From Octopus bimaculoides (Eukaryota), in NCBI RefSeq assembly GCF_001194135.2, contig NC_068993.1:59191280-59233503 (forward strand): a stretch of 42,224 bases of DNA, in the 5' to 3' direction. The translations under genes were made by a program, and so were the position numbers. Positions 1 to 10,913 of the stretch are shown here, in pieces. Positions within the stretch are counted from its first letter, which is position 1; every line of letters begins with the position of its first letter. The notes beneath the pieces were generated by a model. It did no database searches, had not been told where the DNA came from, and was given only the letters and a program-made list of their open reading frames with translations.

Positions 1-81
<81 letters not shown>

Positions 82-345
82 TGAATACACAAACATATAT
101 ACACACACATATATATAAGCAAGCCTCTATGTTGTCATACACACACACACGCACGTACTACACACATATATACACATGCACGAGCACACACATACATGCA
201 CACAAAACACGTATGCATATATCTATATAAATATTCACGCAGATGCAGTTGTACGCATAAATTTATGTAAATATCTATGAACGTAGAACACCATAGAAAA
301 AGACCTGCTTAAGATACTCTTGTAAAAAAAATATATGCTAAGTTG

Positions 346-602
346 AGGTCCTTACGATTTTTCTTCGTCAAGGTCATTTGCCACACCCGTAGCAAGGGTC
401 AAGAAGGGTCAACAAGGCTCCATTCCCGGCTGTACATTATATAAAAGTATGCAATCACCTGAGTAATCACAATAGGTGAAAATCGAATCGTGAGCGTAAT
501 TAGCATTTCATCATGAATCTATATGTAGATGAATAAATTCAGCACCACATATTGAGTACTATCTTCCTCTTTTGTTTTCAAACTTTAGTTTTGAATGTAA
601 GC
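346..602 (+). promoter_or_regulatory. Candidate Pol II promoter and non-coding first exon (about 469-596)
   Basis: TCAAGGTCA 368-376, CCACACCC 381-388, GGGTCA-agaa-GGGTCA 396-411, CATTCC 421-426, TATAAAAG 440-447, TCAC 467-470 about 29 nt after TATA, donor-like AT|GTAAGC at 597-602. Motif evidence only. Confidence 0.35.
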
Positions 603-737
603 ACATATGTACGTGTTTATGTACGCATGTATATATGTATGTATATATGTATGTATGTATATGTGTATGCATTTTCGAATACCATGTCAGCATGTGTGTA
701 TATAATATATAAACATATATATGTATACACACACACA

Positions 738-855
<118 letters not shown>

Positions 856-857
856 GG

Positions 858-1035
858 GAGAATTCACAAAAAAACAAAAGACGAAGACAGGTGGTGTAGA
901 AAACAATCAGATGTATTAGTATAACGCTCGGGAATTGAAAAAGTCTTTAACGTTTCGAGCCTACGCTCTTCCACAGAAAGGAACACAGAAAGGAACAAGG
1001 AGAGAAAAAAATGTGTGCAGTGGTTAGCGATCTAT
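858..1035 (-). mobile_element. Penelope-like terminal-repeat remnant
   Basis: Minus strand reads CTGTGGAAGAGCGTAGGCTCGAAACGTTAAAGACTTTTTCAATTCCCGAGCG...CTGTCTTCGTCTTTTG and ends in (TA)n. Layout matches the hammerhead-bearing terminal repeats of Penelope-like elements (recalled). Confidence 0.55.
945..980 (-). ncRNA. Degenerate minimal type I hammerhead ribozyme motif, probably inactive
   Basis: Stem I CUUU/AAAG; core CUGUGGA (canonical CUGANGA); extra A; stem II GAGC-GUAG-GCUC; GAAA; palindromic ACGU; cleavage triplet GUU. Confidence 0.45.
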
Positions 1036-2489
1036 TATATATACATATATACACACATTGACATATGTATGTATATCAATAAAATCATTTCTCTGTATTG
1101 AAGACTAACTTCATTTGTTTACAAACTAAAATTTTGTATATTTGCCTGTATACATAGGCATACGTGTATACGTGTGTGTATTATGTATGCATGTATGTAT
1201 GTATGTAAGTGTGTATATATGTGTGTGTATGTGTGAGGGGTCTGTCTGTGTGTCTGTGTGAGTGTATGTCTGTGTATATGTGTGTATGTGTTCATATATG
1301 CATATTTGTATGTATATATATATATATATATATNNNNNNNNNNNNNNNNNNNNNNNNNNNNNNNNNNNNNNNNNNNNNNNNNNNNNNNNNNNNNNNNNNN
1401 NNNNNNNNNNNNNNNNNNNNNNNNNNNNNNNNNNNNNNNNNNNNNNNNNNNNNNNNNNNNNNNNNNNNNNNNNNNNNNNNNNNNNNNNNNNNNNNNNNNN
1501 NNNNNNNNNNNNNNNNNNNNNNNNNNNNNNNNNNNNNNNNNNNNNNNNNNNNNNNNNNNNNNNNNNNNNNNNNNNNNNNNNNNNNNNNNNNNNNNNNNNN
1601 NNNNNNNNNNNNNNNNNNNNNNNNNNNNNNNNNNNNNNNNNNNNNNNNNNNNNNNNNNNNNNNNNNNNNNNNNNNNNNNNNNNNNNNNNNNNNNNNNNNN
1701 NNNNNNNNNNNNNNNNNNNNNNNNNNNNNNNNNNNNNNNNNNNNNNNNNNNNNNNNNNNNNNNNNNNNNNNNNNNNNNNNNNNNNNNNNNNNNNNNNNNN
1801 NNNNNNNNNNNNNNNNNNNNNNNNNNNNNNNNNNNNNNNNNNNNNNNNNNNNNNNNNNNNNNNNNNNNNNNNNNNNNNNNNNNNNNNNNNNNNNNNNNNN
1901 NNNNNNNNNNNNNNNNNNNNNNNNNNNNNNNNNNNNNNNNNNNNNNNNNNNNNNNNNNNNNNNNNNNNNNNNNNNNNNNNNNNNNNNNNNNNNNNNNNNN
2001 NNNNNNNNNNNNNNNNNNNNNNNNNNNNNNNNNNNNNNNNNNNNNNNNNNNNNNNNNNNNNNNNNNNNNNNNNNNNNNNNNNNNNNNNNNNNNNNNNNNN
2101 NNNNNNNNNNNNNNNNNNNNNNNNNNNNNNNNNNNNNNNNNNNNNNNNNNNNNNNNNNNNNNNNNNNNNNNNNNNNNNNNNNNNNNNNNNNNNNNNNNNN
2201 NNNNNNNNNNNNNNNNNNNNNNNNNNNNNNNNNNNNNNNNNNNNNNNNNNNNNNNNNNNNNNNNNNNNNNNNNNNNNNNNNNNNNNNNNNNNNNNNNNNN
2301 NNNNNNNNNNNNNNNNNNNNNNNNNNNNTGTGTCTGTGTGTATATAGATTTTTAAACTTATAATCTATGGATAATGTTGAGGGCATAAATTTATGTATAA
2401 ATGTACGTGAGTTCACGTTCGTGTGCGTTTGTTTATGGATATACATATAAATTTATAATTTATGTATATATATATAGAGAGAGAGAGAA

Positions 2490-2529
<40 letters not shown>

Positions 2530-2719
2530 ATCTTTCTATCTATCTATTCATCTATCTATCTATCTATCTATCTATAAGTGTATTTACATAGATGTTTGTG
2601 TGCGCGTGTATTTATCGATACACATATTTGTATAATTTATGAGCATATGTATACGCATACATGACTCTTTCTGTGTAAGTCTCTCTCACACTCTAAATGT
2701 ATGTATGTATGTATGTATG

Positions 2720-2773
<54 letters not shown>

Positions 2774-2944
2774 CGTTTTAATATTTACGGACCACGGAAA
2801 ACATTATCAAATGTAAGCTTTCCGAATATCTATTTCTCTAGTGACGAAACTATTCATGTTTGACATATCGATCACCGAAGCTTGCAGCCACATGGTTGCC
2901 GCCATGTTGTTCAAACAGTAAATATATAGATATTCAAACATTCA

Positions 2945-3107
2945 TGGGTGCAGGTAGAGCAGCGTGGCTAGGACGTACGCTTCCAAACCACTTGGTCTGC
3001 GTTTCGATCCTAAAGCTTGACGTTTTGGGCACTTAACTTCTTCAATGGCCAAGTGTCGATCAATGCTTTGTGAATGAGATTTAGTAGACGGAAACCGTGC
3101 AGAACAT
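2945..3107 (+). mobile_element. Degenerate 5' half of tRNA/CORE-type SINE (family C)
   Basis: Similar to the full copy at 40036-40423 (TTTAGTAGACGGAAAC vs TTTGGTAGACGGAAAC); runs into an (ATGT)n tract. Confidence 0.65.
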
Positions 3108-3250
3108 GTATGTATGTATGTATGTACAGATATACGACATAAAAGTTTTAGGCAAGAAAAAATTATTCGGTCGGGAATACAGTACATAAAATTTATCTAA
3201 AACATTTCTACGAATCATAACTGCGCTTCACATTTCTCATCAACGTATGT

Positions 3251-3287
<37 letters not shown>

Positions 3288-3408
3288 GTGTGCATAATTG
3301 TACCCTATACAATTATATTCTATATATATGTATTTTACCTAAATGGTCTTTTTTATATGCTGGTCACTGATAAAATTCATTAATTTTAACGACTTTATGC
3401 TTTAATTA

Positions 3409-3523
<115 letters not shown>

Positions 3524-3587
3524 GCATATGCTCACATATCATTTGCATTATATATATAATACACAGACAGTTACGGTAAATAAATTG

Positions 3588-3623
3588 TTAGGGTTAGGGT
3601 TAGGGTTAGGGTTAGGGTTAGGG
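3588..3623 (+). repeat. Interstitial telomeric-type repeat (TTAGGG)6
   Basis: Six perfect TTAGGG units. Confidence 0.95.
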
Positions 3624-3814
3624 TATGCAGAACAAATTAATTAACGTACAAGTAAAATGCCTAATGAGACAATATGGAAACAGATTTTGACAACAAAAAG
3701 TAGTTGATGTTGTTGCTACTATTATTATTATTGTTATTATTATTATTGCATAGTGGTAAATTCGATAGAGTAACGGATTAAATGCATAGCCGTATTTAGT
3801 CACGTCGATTTATG

Positions 3815-4085
3815 TTCTGATTTTAAATCCCGCCAGAGTCGATTTTGACTTTCAGTCTTCAGAGAATCGATAAATTAAAGTACCACTCAAGTATTCGGGT
3901 CGATAATGATCGTGTATACCCTCCTATAAAATATGTTGTTTTATACCCTACTTTGCCGATCATCATTCACCCGGGTCGATAATATAATTGCCACTATTAT
4001 ACTTGAATTCACAAAGATTTACTCCTCCCACGACCACCTCTAAAAGTGTCTGGCTTTGTTCCAATATAAGAAGTGTTTTGCTTTT
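3815..4085 (+). mobile_element. Two degenerate partial copies of SINE family B
   Basis: GTCGATTTTGACTTTCAGTC...GATAAATTAAAGTACC...GGGTCGAT motifs, shared with the cleaner copy at 34101-34317. Confidence 0.6.
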
Positions 4086-4123
4086 GCTATTGATGACGAT
4101 GTTCTTTGCTCTTGTTATTGTTG

Positions 4124-4430
4124 TGACGGAGTAGTTAAGTTGTCGGGCTTGCGATCATACGGTCGCAGGTTCGAATCCTGGATGAAATGGCGCGTTGTGT
4201 TTTAGAGCTTGGCGTGCTTCATTTCACGTTGCTCTGGTCTACTCTGTAGCCTAGCTAGGAGCTAAGGCAGTGAGCAGGCTGGCTCTTGTACAAATCAGTA
4301 ATATCAGTCCCACTCCAAGCAAGAATAATTAATTAATACTTGAAATGGAGGTAGGATTCTAGTAAAACAAAGCCGGTAACAGCCAACAGCGGTGTAGTTC
4401 TGTGACCTGTTAGTCCAGAAGTTCCCTTCT
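4124..4430 (+). mobile_element. Old tRNA/CORE-type SINE
   Basis: B box GGTTCGAATCC near 4168-4178, followed by TTCATTTCACGTTGCTC as in the copies at 5098 and 7621. Confidence 0.65.
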
Positions 4431-4514
4431 GTTTGTGTTTTTTTTTAAAGCAGGTCCGCCATCCGTGGCCAGATTGCCAAGCCTGTTGAAACTTCACAAT
4501 ATTACTCATTTTTG

Positions 4515-4645
4515 CTCGTTGAGTACACTAGAACAACAGGAAAAAAAGTGTTTTGCTCAAGAACCCAAGACTTCAACCAGTCCAGGAATCGAAATCACGA
4601 TTTTACGATCATGAGCCCAGCACCTTAACTGTTAAGCCACGCACA
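4515..4645 (-). mobile_element. tRNA/CORE SINE 5' fragment (family A)
   Basis: Reverse complement gives GTGCGTGGCTTAACAGTTAAGG...GATTTCGATTCCTGG...TTCTTGAGCAAAACAC. Confidence 0.75.
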
Positions 4646-4679
4646 TCCACGTGATTCTTTTATTAATTTGAGAACAACA

Positions 4680-5055
4680 GGCCTAGCTCACGTGACATAT
4701 CCGATCGAGTAGATCAGATATGTGCTACATTCAGAACCCTTCCAGCCGTGATCAACCCACCTTTTATCTTTTCAGACATTCTAGGACTATTTTATTTTGT
4801 CTTTCATTATCGTTGTCGCTGTTTGATGTTTATAGCCAGATTAACTCTGAGCAAGCAAACTTATGATCAAAGATGTTCCAGTCGTGACCACCACACCTTT
4901 AATTCAGATACATTGTTTAGGACTATGGTTAGGACTATATAATACAATATTACTTTTCCATTCTTTTAGACAGGAGAACGTGATTTGAGGGGACATAGCT
5001 GATATTTTTAGCAGATCGAGCAACCTTGTTGAGGTTCCCCACACTGGAGTGCACG
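4680..5055 (-). mobile_element. Two adjacent copies of short retroposon family D
   Basis: Similar to other copies (e.g. 28255-28443, 40940-41155): TATGATCAAAGATGTTCCAGTCGTGACC...GGACTA...GTGATTTGAGGGGACATAGCTG. Confidence 0.7.
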
Positions 5056-5097
5056 TTTAAATGACCTGATGAGTATATATCTCTATCAATTATAAAT

Positions 5098-5413
5098 GTG
5101 CGTGGCTTAGTGGTTAGAGTGTATGGCTCAACTTTATAAGATCGTGAGTTCGATTCCTGGTGGCGCGCTGTGTCCTTGAACAAGGCACTTTATTTCACGT
5201 TGCTCCAGTCCACTCAGCTGGCAAAAATGAGTTGTACCTATAATTCAAAAGGACCAGCCTTGTCACACTCTGTGTCACGCTGAATCTCCCTGAGAACTAC
5301 ATAAAGGGCAGACGTGTCTGCGGAGTACTCAGTTACTTGCACGTTAATTTCCCAAGCAGGCCGTCCGTTGATCGAATCAACTGGAACCCTCTTCGTTGTA
5401 ACTGGCAGAGTAC
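5098..5413 (+). mobile_element. Near full-length tRNA-derived CORE-type SINE (family A, tail 1)
   Basis: A box TGGCTTAGTGG 5103-5113, B box GTTCGATTCC 5148-5157, CORE-like GTGTCCTTGAACAAGGCACTTTATTTCAC. The 3' tail is shared with 19512-19695. Confidence 0.9.
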
Positions 5414-6124
5414 TTTGCCATGGTTCAGAGTTCAAACCTCACCGTAGTTGTCTCCAGCTATCATCGTTCCCGAATCGGAGGAGGTGGGGTTGTCTTAATA
5501 AATACTATGATAGATAAAAAAATGAATTAAGACAAGTTATGAATAAAGATGGTGGATTACAATTCTCTCAAGCAAAAATTAGTTTTGCAATTGGTTAAAA
5601 GAAATTAACACTATCATCAGCTTCATCACATTTATTACTGTCGTTTATCTTAATTAGCCGATCACCATAATCAACACCATTACTACCATTGCTACTATCG
5701 TCATTAAGCACTATCATCAAACATTACCATTATCACCACCACCACCAACCCCACCATTGTTTATCACCAGCGACGCGAATATTAATATATATTCTCATAT
5801 ATCTACTATAGAGATAAATGAGAATATATACTAATATTCGCGTGTGTGTAAATGTATGTTTATGCATGTAAAGGCACGTACACACACACACATGTATATA
5901 TATATATACATACACACATACGTATATATACATACGAATATATATATATACATGTTTGTTGCTACGTATGTATATATGTGTGTATATGCATATTCGCATA
6001 TATGTATGATTGTGTATTTGCGTAGAAGCCAGTCAATAGTAAACAAACAAATTTAGCTCTACTTCCTAACGCAATTAGTACTTTATATAGCACATGAAAA
6101 CTCTGTTCAAACGAACAGATACGA

Positions 6125-6187
<63 letters not shown>

Positions 6188-6902
6188 CAAATACATACAT
6201 GCACACACAGACACATACCTGTATGCGTACGCTTATCAAACTTTTTACGTTTCTAAATTGGTGCTTTATTATTGCATTTACTCTGTCGAGACAATATTGT
6301 TTTGTAACATTTGTGGGTTTATTTTTATCGAACTTGTTCGAATAATCATAAAACAATAAGCTTTCTTTATATTTTTCAATAAATAGTATTTTTAAAATCA
6401 TTACTGCGCAAAAAGAATCTCTGGATAGAGTGCCATGCCAGACAATAGACCAAGCAATCGACTATGCATTTTCATTGTTCCGATGTCTGGAAAATAAGTA
6501 CTTGTAAAGTATTGGTGTACATTTAATTGACCACATCCTTCTTCCATCTAAAATGTCATTTCATTTATGATGAAAATCAATATTGACATGAAGATAAATT
6601 TTGTAGTGGACCACAGAATCAGAAGAGTGGCATAGCAAATGCTATGTAATTGACAATACAATTTCATTCCCCTGGGGTCGAGAAAAATTGTACCAGTCAA
6701 GCACTGGGGTAGTGTCATCAACTGTTCTCAACCCTTGTGTCTGTGTTAAAAATCTTTGTTGCAACGGCCTGAGAATACCAAGAGCAACAGTTGGAATCTT
6801 TTGCGAAATTGAAATATAATTATATTCTAAATTCAAATACTGTCTGGTTCTACTTTGTCTTTAATACTTCCGGAGTGAATAATATACCAGATAAATATTA
6901 AG

Positions 6903-7101
6903 TTCAAATTTTGGCACAGGGCCAACAGTTTCGGGGGCGGGGGTTTAGTCGATTACATAAAGCCCTGTGCTCAGCTGGTACTTATTTCATCGCTCCCAAA
7001 AGGATGAAAGGCAAAGTCGACCTCGGCGGAATTTGAACTCAGAACGCAAAGACGGACGAAATGCCACTAAGCATTTTACCCGGTGTGCTAACGATTCCAC
7101 C
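6903..7101 (-). mobile_element. Full-length tRNA-derived SINE (family B)
   Basis: Reverse complement has A-box-like TGGTGGAATCG, B box GAGTTCAAATTCC, then GCCGAGGTCGACTTTGCCTTTCATCCTTTTGGG...GATGAAATAAGTACCAG (recalls the MetaSINE central domain; from memory). Confidence 0.9.
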
Positions 7102-7576
7102 AGCTCGCTTCTTTATACCAGTTAAATATTAGAGTTAACATAATCTGCTTTACCAAACTCCCCACAAAAACGTTGTAATGTAACCGGAAATTTGTGTAGG
7201 TTCTCCTCCAAATTACTTCTGGGTACCCTGCTCTGCTTTTGGGTAACTTTTCTCATTGAGGTTTTGCTGTTTCATCTTTGGGTTTCTGTTGATTTCTTTT
7301 TAACCTTTGTAAACCCCAATATGTGGGTTTCTGTTTCGTTCTCATGATAGCCTCAATGCAAGGTGACCAATAAAAGAAGTAATAATAAAAGTAATTAATA
7401 TTATTATTTTCTCCGGCTCTCTATCTTTTGTGTTCAATTTCCATCGACGTCAACTTTGCCTTTCATACTTTCAAGGTCGATAAAATAGCTACCAGCTGAG
7501 CACTGAGATCGATATAATCGATAAGTCTCGTACCTTAAAATATTCCAGGCCTTCACTTACAGCAGAAAAGATTATT

Positions 7577-8050
7577 AAGGCGACGAACATGCAGAGTCGT
7601 TATCATGCAGGACAAAAAGTGGAGACACGTGGCTTAGAGGTTAGGGTGTTGGACTCATGATCGTAAGATTGTGGTTTCGATTCCTGTGCCGGTCGATGTG
7701 TTGTGTTCTTGAGCAAAACACTTCATTTCACGTTGCTCCAATCTACTCAGCTGACAAAAATAAGTAATCCTGCGACGGACCGGTGTCTCGTCCAGGTGGG
7801 GAATATACACGCAATGAAACCGGGAAATCGGCCCTTATGAGTCGGTTTAACTCTAGAAGGTAACTTTAGCTTTACCTTTACGTAAGCCGGATAAAATACG
7901 TAGCGGCATTCCGCTCGTCTTTACGTTCTGAGTTGAAATTCCTCCGAGATCAACTCAGCCTTTCATCCTTGGGGATCGATGAAACACCGTTGTCGAAGTA
8001 ATCGACTTACTTGCTCCCCTAAAAAATTTCAGGTCTTGTTCCCATAGTAG
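7577..8050 (+). mobile_element. Family B SINE (7577-7620 + 7881-8050) interrupted by a CORE-type SINE (7621-7880)
   Basis: The B head stops at GCAGGACAAAA (7607-7617) and resumes at GCCGGATAAAA (7886-7896), a decayed target-site duplication. The insert has A/B boxes, CORE and a CTTTA-type repeat tail. Confidence 0.8.
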
Positions 8051-8417
8051 GAATTTTATCATCCCCGGCTCTCTACGTTCTGGGGTCGACTTTGTCTTTC
8101 GGGGACTACAAAATAATTACTAGTTGAGTACTAAGTTCGATGTAGTTGACTACTTCACCCCTTAAAATTGCTAGCCTAGTGTCTAAATCAGAAACTAGTC
8201 TTGTCATCCCTGCATCTGACTCGACGAGTTAATACATCCTGTCACGTGTCTGTGCATCATCTATGTGCATAAATGTGTACATCTTTGCACATATACATAT
8301 ATAGATATATATATACGTTATATACATAGGTAGGTAAGTAAATATATATGTACGTATAAATACATACATATATGCATTATATATATATATATNNNNNNNN
8401 NNTATATACATATATAT

Positions 8418-8531
8418 ATATATCAAACATGAATTGAAAACAGAACACAAAGGATATCGCGGTACACAAAGCTTGAAACACGTGTACCGCGATATCCTTT
8501 GTGTTCTGTTTTCAATCTATGCTTGATATAT
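8418..8531. repeat. Fold-back inverted repeat, 35-bp perfect stem, 14-nt loop
   Basis: 8433-8467 is the exact reverse complement of 8482-8516; imperfect pairing extends to 8418/8531. Confidence 0.97.
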
Positions 8532-8810
8532 TATTTCACCTCTACCACTATCTGGCATATACAGGTGCTTTCACTTATCAAGCATTACCTCTAAACCTAC
8601 AGTATATATACATATATGTATATATGTGCAGCTCAAACACGTCTAGACATGTCAATCTGTAACGTAAGTCAGTAATGCCATCAGATTTAGATTGGAAAAA
8701 ATATATAACTGTCACGTCATCTTAGCACGATTAACACAATCTACTTGTCTTCTTTCTCTCTTTACTTGTCTGTATTTCTCACCCGAACTAATTTTCTCAC
8801 ATACATTCAC

Positions 8811-8879
<69 letters not shown>

Positions 8880-9670
8880 CACACACACACATACACGCAC
8901 ACTCATTCACTCAGGCACTAACATAAGAGAATATCGTACATTATTAACAAACATGTTGCATAACTGGGTACAGAAAAAGTATACAGTTGCTGCTCACATT
9001 CACATATACGTACACAGACACACACACGCATACACACACATACACACACATATATATATACACACAAATACACACACATATAAACAAATACACACGTATG
9101 GATAGTAGTATCTTACTTGTCTGAAGTGAAATGAAATGAAAGATAGTACTCAGTTACGTTAGACAGAGCTGAATAATTTATTCAAAGCCGAATCTGTGTC
9201 ACTTGCTATTCGTTGTTTCTTGGCTGTGATCGTCAGGAGACTGATCTTATGCTTTTCGAAGATGTCTTATATGCCTATTGATTGGCTCTGCTAAGATCAT
9301 ATCGGAACCAATTTGGCGGGAATTTCCGATTCTACATAGGAACATATAGCAATGTGTAAAATGCGCATTGGATTTTTTTAAGTTTACAAATATTTTATTG
9401 AAAATTTATAAAATTAAAAAAAAATTATTGAAAATTTCTTTACAGTAATATTTTCAGATATATTGACTTTATAAAGAAATGCTTTTTATTTAGAAATTTC
9501 TATGAAGAAATCTCTCAAATGACCCTATGGTGAATATACGAATGTAAATATTTATTAAAACTAATGAAAATTGAACAGGGGGTTGTTTTATCGATTTCCG
9601 ATAAAATAGTTATAATTCTGACTTGTTTTCTTTTTTTTTTTCATTTTATTGGGACAAATATATGTACGCA

Positions 9671-9788
9671 TATTTTAGTCATTTCACTGCGGCCATGCTA
9701 GAGCACCACCTTTATAGTGGAGCAAATTGACCCCAGAGCTTATTCTTTGTAAGCCTAGTACTTATTCTATCGGTCTCTTTTGCCGAAC
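9671..9788 (-). mobile_element. 3' end of SINE family C
   Basis: Reverse complement matches 40300-40400 (GAATAAGTACTAGGCTTACAAAGAATAAG...GGGGTCAATTTG). Confidence 0.85.
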
Positions 9789-9789
9789 T

Positions 9790-10065
9790 TCGCAGGAAGA
9801 GAAATCTCACAACATGGCGTTCTGAGGCGGAAGGAATTGTGAATGAATGTGAAGTCCTTGAATGTTAGCTGGCACGAAATCAGCTAGTTCTTTGATGCGC
9901 AGGCTACTGTGGGCCAGAAGTTGGAGTGTATTGTTAAAGGATTTGATACCAAACAGCCGACTGGCTAATCTCTGGGTGGCATTTTGGATATCTGCAAGTG
10001 TGGCAGCAGCACCGTCCATATGTAAGAGAAATACCCCATTGTGGTTGTAACAAGATTGTTGCCAT
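9790..10065 (-). mobile_element. Decayed LINE ORF2 C-terminal fragment (CR1/L2-group-like)
   Basis: Translation DGAAATLADIQ...RLASRLFGIKSFNNTLQLLAH resembles the post-RT segment (WDGA...LDRIQ..AIRLIG....TLQPLAHRR) of CR1/L2-group LINEs; recalled similarity. Confidence 0.6.
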
Positions 10066-10185
10066 TACATGATGAGCAAATTTCTGTCTTTTAAGATCGT
10101 CGATCTTATGGTGCAGTTTCTGTTATGCTGTTTTATCGAGTACAATTTAGAGACATCAACCAACACACCAATTCACACACATATG

Positions 10186-10406
10186 CAGCAATTCCTCGCC
10201 ATATCATGGTTCACCTATCGTGGTTTATTATTTAAGCTTACGTCGACTCCTCTGTGGTGTTGTTTTGCATTTATAATATAGTAAAATACATACAAATTAT
10301 AAAAATCTTTAAAAATATACAGTACAGTACTGTTACTACTTCACGAATTTTTACCTATCGCAGGGGCTTTTGGAACGTAACACCTGCGGTAGTCGAGGGA
10401 TTACTG
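10186..10406. mobile_element. pogo/Tigger-like MITE
   Basis: Ends CAGCAATTCCTCG (10186) and reverse complement CAGTAATCCCTCG (ending 10406); flanks TG and TA fit a decayed TA target duplication. Confidence 0.75.
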
Positions 10407-10414
10407 TATATATA

Positions 10415-10477
<63 letters not shown>

Positions 10478-10845
10478 GCGGGCGCATAACAAGCTTCTGC
10501 ATATTCTCCACCATCCAATTACCATTCAAAATTATAGGGCAACGGAGGACGAAGGTTGAGGTTGAAGTCATTTGACAATTTGCTTCTCACTTGGATCGAA
10601 ACAGTAATCATGTGCTTTCGAAGTAAAGTTGATTTTCTTTTTTAACTTTATGACTACATTTGCAACCATCTTATTTGCGTATAAATGTAAGCGTGGCAGA
10701 GGTTGTGTGTGTATGTAATAATAGACATAGATTTAATTTGCTATAAATAGAGATGTATCTATAAATACGTGCTTACGAATTGTCACGTTTTTGTATGTGA
10801 AACGTGGAATATTTAGTAAAATGATAACGACAGATATATAAGACA

Positions 10846-10913
<68 letters not shown>

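Noticed and set aside
2807-2909. GCCGCCATGTTG as a start codon on either strand
   Set aside because: The + frame stops after MLFKQ; the minus frame gives a 32-codon ORF with no splice donor or homology. At most a lone YY1-like site.
3588-3623. Chromosome end
   Set aside because: Only six units, with ordinary sequence on both sides.
5098-5170. tRNA genes (also at 4124, 7621, 19318, 40036)
   Set aside because: A/B boxes continue into SINE bodies; no complete cloverleaf or poly-T terminator is evident.
5443-5504. Minus-strand 62-nt exon
   Set aside because: It lies inside a decayed SINE body; splice-like sites of this strength are expected by chance.
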